59,244 bases of DNA from a virus (lineage: Duplodnaviria > Caudoviricetes), in the IMG/VR virus record IMGVR_UViG_3300042922_001463, positions 1 to 59,244 of that record; one strand, 5' to 3'. The position numbers and the translations under genes were made by a program. The notes under the pieces were generated by a model. That model searched no databases and had not been told where the DNA came from. It worked only from the letters and a program-made list of their open reading frames with translations. Below, piece after piece: positions 54,308 to 59,244 of this stretch. The number at the start of each line of letters is the position of its first letter. Position 1 is the stretch's first letter.

Positions 54308-55038
54308 ATATCGCCACTCGATATGCGCATTTCTATTTCGCTAACGCGCGTCATTATGCGGGCGATGCGTTGTTCTATCGAATTACGATGTTCAACAAGA
54401 CCCAAATGCACAACGAACACACTGGTCTCCGCCTCAGCTATATGTTTATTGAATCTATCGATATCCCTCTTAGTAGGAATTTTGATCGCCGCCCGTTTTA
54501 CTTCCTCAGTAAGCACCAGCAGTTCTGCTTCAAGCGTCCTCACTGCGTCGAGTGTTTCCTCGCGGGACTTCGCGTCGTCGCCTGTATCAAGCCGCGCTCG
54601 CCAGACGATAGCGTGACTGAAGATCGGAGATGCGCGCCCGCGAAAAGTGGAGAGCTTGCCTTCCGCCTCAACGATCCATGCCAAGGACGATTGAAGTCCA
54701 AAGACTTCCGGCGCCAGTCGAATTTGGGAGATGATCACGTCAAGGCTGGTAAGGCATTCGTCGACCGTAAGATGTTCGGCATCGTATTCTCTTTTGGTAG
54801 AGAGCAACACGTCGCGCTCTGCAAGAAGCATCTGCACTCTGGCGAGGTCGGCTGTTGGTTTGGTCACCCGCCACGCAACGCCTGCAGCAAGGAGGGTCAT
54901 AAGCCCGCCGAGTATGCTTCCTGCAAAGCCGATCCAGGGATCGCCGAAGTTTCGCATCCAAAGGGCAAAGCCCACGGCCACCAGTGCTCCAACAGCACTG
55001 GAGCCGGACCATATGGCGACGTTGGCGAACCTGCTCAT
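54271..55038 (-). CDS. Antisense moron: two TMs plus helical domain
   Basis: Lower GC; WIGFAGSILGGLMTLLAA. Confidence 0.7.
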   Translation of the reverse strand: MSRFANVAIWSGSSAVGALVAVGFALWMRNFGDPWIGFAGSILGGLMTLLAAGVAWRVTKPTADLARVQMLLAERDVLLSTKREYDAEHLTVDECLTSLDVIISQIRLAPEVFGLQSSLAWIVEAEGKLSTFRGRASPIFSHAIVWRARLDTGDDAKSREETLDAVRTLEAELLVLTEEVKRAAIKIPTKRDIDRFNKHIAEAETSVFVVHLGLVEHRNSIEQRIARIMTRVSEIEMRISSGDIHSAASRNSEAF

Positions 55039-55135
55039 CTTCCGACGCTCTCCTCTCACCGCGCACTTGTCGAGATGGTGGCGGCATGATTGCACCGCTT
55101 TCTGTCACAGCTGGTTCTGAAGCGGGGTGCAGGCC

Positions 55136-55342
55136 ATGATATCCGCCTCCGCCCTCGACGATCTGCGCCGCAAGCATCTGGTGACCACGGCCGCCGGCAA
55201 ATGGGTGGTGCTGCGCCGCAGCAGCAAGAGCGGCGGCATGGTCGGCCCCTGCCCGGTCCATTCCCTCAAGACCGGCGCCACGGCCTTCGAATGCTGGTCG
55301 GCCAGCCAAATCTGCCCCCGCTGCGAGACGCACCATGGCTGA
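55136..55342 (+). CDS. Small CHC2 Zn-finger-like protein (primase N-terminus-like)
   Basis: LRR...VGPCPVH...F...C..C. Confidence 0.55.
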   Translation: MISASALDDLRRKHLVTTAAGKWVVLRRSSKSGGMVGPCPVHSLKTGATAFECWSASQICPRCETHHG

Positions 55343-55823
55343 GCCGAAACGCGTCCAGCTGACGAAGGTGGATGGCCGCACTGTCGTTCCGCCAGGGGCG
55401 ATAAGGGTCGACAGTGCGAGCCGTTGGTGGCCGCCGTTCGACGTTGACCATCCATTCCTCGCCAAGAGCCGCTCGACCTACATCGACGACCGCCAGCATC
55501 GACTGTGGCTACTCTCCAAGATGTACCGGCAGTGGATCACGGGCGAGCTAGTCAACAATTCCAGCTGGTGGCTCCTCACCGATGAGGAGGTGCGCCATCA
55601 ACTGCGGGTGCCCCCTGGTGTTGCAGAGATCCGAGCGGTGCTCGGCGGGAAAGTCCTCGCCGACTGGCCACCCATCGGCTGGCCCTGCATCGGTGACGTG
55701 CTGCTCTCGATCGCCAACCAGGCCGGGGATGGCACTCCCTACCCGACGGCTTCGGACAATTTCCGCCCTCGGTATCGAGCCGCCGCACGGCGCCCCGGTG
55801 AGAGCTGGAAGTACGGAGCCTGA
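55335..55823 (+). CDS. DUF4326-like protein
   Basis: PKRVQL...RVD..SRWWPPF...LGGKVLADW...PCIGDVLL..AN. Confidence 0.7.
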   Translation: MAEPKRVQLTKVDGRTVVPPGAIRVDSASRWWPPFDVDHPFLAKSRSTYIDDRQHRLWLLSKMYRQWITGELVNNSSWWLLTDEEVRHQLRVPPGVAEIRAVLGGKVLADWPPIGWPCIGDVLLSIANQAGDGTPYPTASDNFRPRYRAAARRPGESWKYGA

Positions 55824-55825
55824 CC

Positions 55826-56311
55826 ATGGCCGCCCGCATCGATTCCGGCATTCGCCCCAAGCTGAAGACCGCCCGCCCGAAACCCGGCCGCCGGCCGAAG
55901 CCGCCGCGCACGCGGCTTGAGGATCCGGAGCACCTGAAGATCATTCGGCAGCTGCCATGCCTTGTCAGCGGCAAGATGCCGGCCGGCGAGGCCGCCCACA
56001 TCCGCTATGCCAGCGCGATGCACGGCAAGCCGGTCACCGGCATAGGCACAAAGCCTGACGATAAGTGGTCCGTACCGCTCTGCGCCTGGTTCCACACCAT
56101 CAGTTCAGAGGCCCAGCATCGCTTTGGCGAGGAGTGGTGGTGGGAGCAGCGGAACATCGATCCGCTGTTCGTCGCCTCGAAGCTCTATGCAGTGTCGGTG
56201 ACGATGCGCGATGCCGGGATGGCCGAAGCAGAGATCGTCCAAGCTCTCGGCAAGATCGTATTGGCAGCCCACCACCTGTCGATGCCGCTCGCGGCCGGAG
56301 ATCAGGGATGA
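55826..56311 (+). CDS. DUF968-like HNH-fold protein
   Basis: HLKIIRQLPCL, AAHIR, GIGTKPDD..VPLC..H. Confidence 0.78.
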   Translation: MAARIDSGIRPKLKTARPKPGRRPKPPRTRLEDPEHLKIIRQLPCLVSGKMPAGEAAHIRYASAMHGKPVTGIGTKPDDKWSVPLCAWFHTISSEAQHRFGEEWWWEQRNIDPLFVASKLYAVSVTMRDAGMAEAEIVQALGKIVLAAHHLSMPLAAGDQG

Positions 56312-56580
56312 TCGGCCGCGCCCCATCCGTCAGGTTCCCGGTCGAGCCGCGGGACGTCCCACCTGCCAAGGCGGCACGACGTCTGCACCTCACACCGGCG
56401 GAATTCGCCGCCAAACTGCCGGAGCTGCAACGCCGTGGATTCCCCGCCGCGGACCCAACAACGGGGATGTACGACCTCAAGGCCATAGATGGCTGGATGG
56501 ATCGCCGCTCGGGCTTGACCACGGCCGCCAGCGCACGCGACGCTAGGGAGGTAGCCCGTGAGCGCATTGCGAACCTGTGA
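56308..56580 (+). CDS. xis: Excisionase-like protein
   Basis: AARRLHL...GFP..DP...YDLKAIDGWMDRR, directly before int. Confidence 0.75.
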   Translation: MIGRAPSVRFPVEPRDVPPAKAARRLHLTPAEFAAKLPELQRRGFPAADPTTGMYDLKAIDGWMDRRSGLTTAASARDAREVARERIANL

Positions 56581-56587
56581 GCCGCCT

Positions 56588-57914
<1,327 letters not shown>

Positions 57915-58059
57915 AACGACGGGCCGCAGCGGGCCGCGCGTCGAGTGCGGCGGGTGTTAAGGCAGCCCCCGCCGGGTGTCAAGCATGTCCGGCGGGCTTT
58001 CCAAGGCTTAACCTCGCCGAGGCATTATCAGCCACACTATAACTCGCCGGGGCTCGACC

Positions 58060-59244
58060 TCAGCCGGGAAGCTGCGGGCGCCGCTTGATGAGCAGCGCGT
58101 CGGCCAGCGCCATCGCCGCGATCAGCAGCGGCACCGAGAGGAAGGTGCCCGCCGGCCCCCACAGCCAGGTCCAGAACGCCATGGACAGGAAGACCGCGAA
58201 GGGATTGAGCGCCACCCGCCGCCCGATGATGAGCGGGGTGAGGAACTGCCCCTCTATGCTGGTGATCATCAGGAAGAACGCCGCCGGCAGGATCGCCTCG
58301 AGCAGGTCGGGGAAGGTGACGATGCCGGCCATCAGCAGAATCAGCGTCATCACCGCTGGCCCGACATAGGGGATGTAGTTCAGCACGCCGGCCGCCGCGC
58401 CCCAGAGCGGCGGGTTGGGCAGTCCGAGCGCCCAGGTCATCAGCGTGGTGGCGAGGCCGAGGCCGATATTGATGAAGGTCGCGGTCACGAGATAGGCGCC
58501 GAGCCGGTCCTCGATCTCGCGGAACACGCGCAGCGCGGTCAGCCGTGCCGAGCGCGGCCCCATCACCTGCACCACGCGCCGCTTGATCTGCACCCGCCCC
58601 GCCAGGAAGAACAGCAGCGAGCCGATGAACAGGATGAACTCGCCGATCACCGGCGTGACCAGCGTCACCATGCTCTCGATCATGCGCGAATTGGCGATCT
58701 CCACCACCATGGGCGGCTCGGCGACGCGGCCGATGGACTGGATCGATTCGATCAGCGTGCTGACGGTCTCCAGGCTCGGCTTCAGCACCGCGAAGCGCTG
58801 CTGGAGGATGGCGCCCACCTCCGGTGCTCGGCCCATCCAGTCCGCCACCGGCCCGGCCAGCGCCACCGCGGCGCCGTAAAGGCCGGCGATGAGGCCGACG
58901 ACGATCAGCAGCGAGCCGAGGGCGGTGGGCACGCCGCGCTTCGCCAGCCCCTCGATGGCGGGGCCGATGACGCTGCCGATGATGACCGCCGCGACGATGG
59001 GTATCAGCACCGCGCGGGCGACGAACAGCGCGGCGGCGAGGATGACGATGGCGGTGGCGATGATGGCGATCTGGGTGAGGCGGCGCCACTGACGCTCGCT
59101 GCGCCGCTCGGCGGGATCGATGCGGGCCGGCCCCGGCTCTCCCTCTACCCGGTCCGCCGCCTGGCCCGCCGTGCCCCGCCACATGTCCATGTCTGCCGCC
59201 TCGCCCCCGCCGCCGATGCTGCGTGAGGTGAGAACGTGCGCCAT
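58060..59244 (-). CDS. AI-2E family transporter (host gene)
   Basis: LNYIPYVGP, IEGQFLTPLIIG, WLWGPAG.FLSVP. Confidence 0.92.
   Translation of the reverse strand: MAHVLTSRSIGGGGEAADMDMWRGTAGQAADRVEGEPGPARIDPAERRSERQWRRLTQIAIIATAIVILAAALFVARAVLIPIVAAVIIGSVIGPAIEGLAKRGVPTALGSLLIVVGLIAGLYGAAVALAGPVADWMGRAPEVGAILQQRFAVLKPSLETVSTLIESIQSIGRVAEPPMVVEIANSRMIESMVTLVTPVIGEFILFIGSLLFFLAGRVQIKRRVVQVMGPRSARLTALRVFREIEDRLGAYLVTATFINIGLGLATTLMTWALGLPNPPLWGAAAGVLNYIPYVGPAVMTLILLMAGIVTFPDLLEAILPAAFFLMITSIEGQFLTPLIIGRRVALNPFAVFLSMAFWTWLWGPAGTFLSVPLLIAAMALADALLIKRRPQLPG

Noticed and set aside
54229-55089. 286-aa plus-strand ORF
   Set aside because: Fully overlaps the minus-strand 54271-55038 ORF, which has TM segments and a more protein-like composition

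Overview
GC-rich alphaproteobacterial (Hyphomicrobiales-like) window made up almost entirely of one lambdoid/HK97-type siphovirus prophage. It is integrated at the 3' end of tRNA-Asp(GTC) (57838-57914, minus strand); the other att site lies beyond position 1. Left to right: lysis, tail, head/packaging, replication and early genes (all minus strand), a cro/cI switch with two triple-operator regions, a plus-strand early operon, xis/int, the tRNA and a host AI-2E transporter. The most striking element is a cassette inserted between the tail chaperone and tape-measure genes (about 15040-17800). It holds a Cas7/RAMP-like gene (15839-16594), a partner gene and a non-coding array of 5-nt GGY-NN units arranged in three phased blocks (11, 13 and 14 pentamers), with no CRISPR array. 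This looks like a repeat-programmed RNA-guided system with a non-contiguous code (VIPR-like, recalled from memory). Block 1, read as NN-x-NN-x, partially matches the prophage's own tail-tube gene in codon phase. The prophage also carries an apparent cell-cycle/SOS mimicry set (full-length DnaA, CtrA-like DNA-binding domain, GapR, ParB-like, MT-A70 methylase, LexA-like DNA-binding domain, ProQ), a LexA-box operon, EcfG-type stress morons and a candidate two-gene defence pair behind cI. All family names come from motif recognition by eye; no database searches were run.
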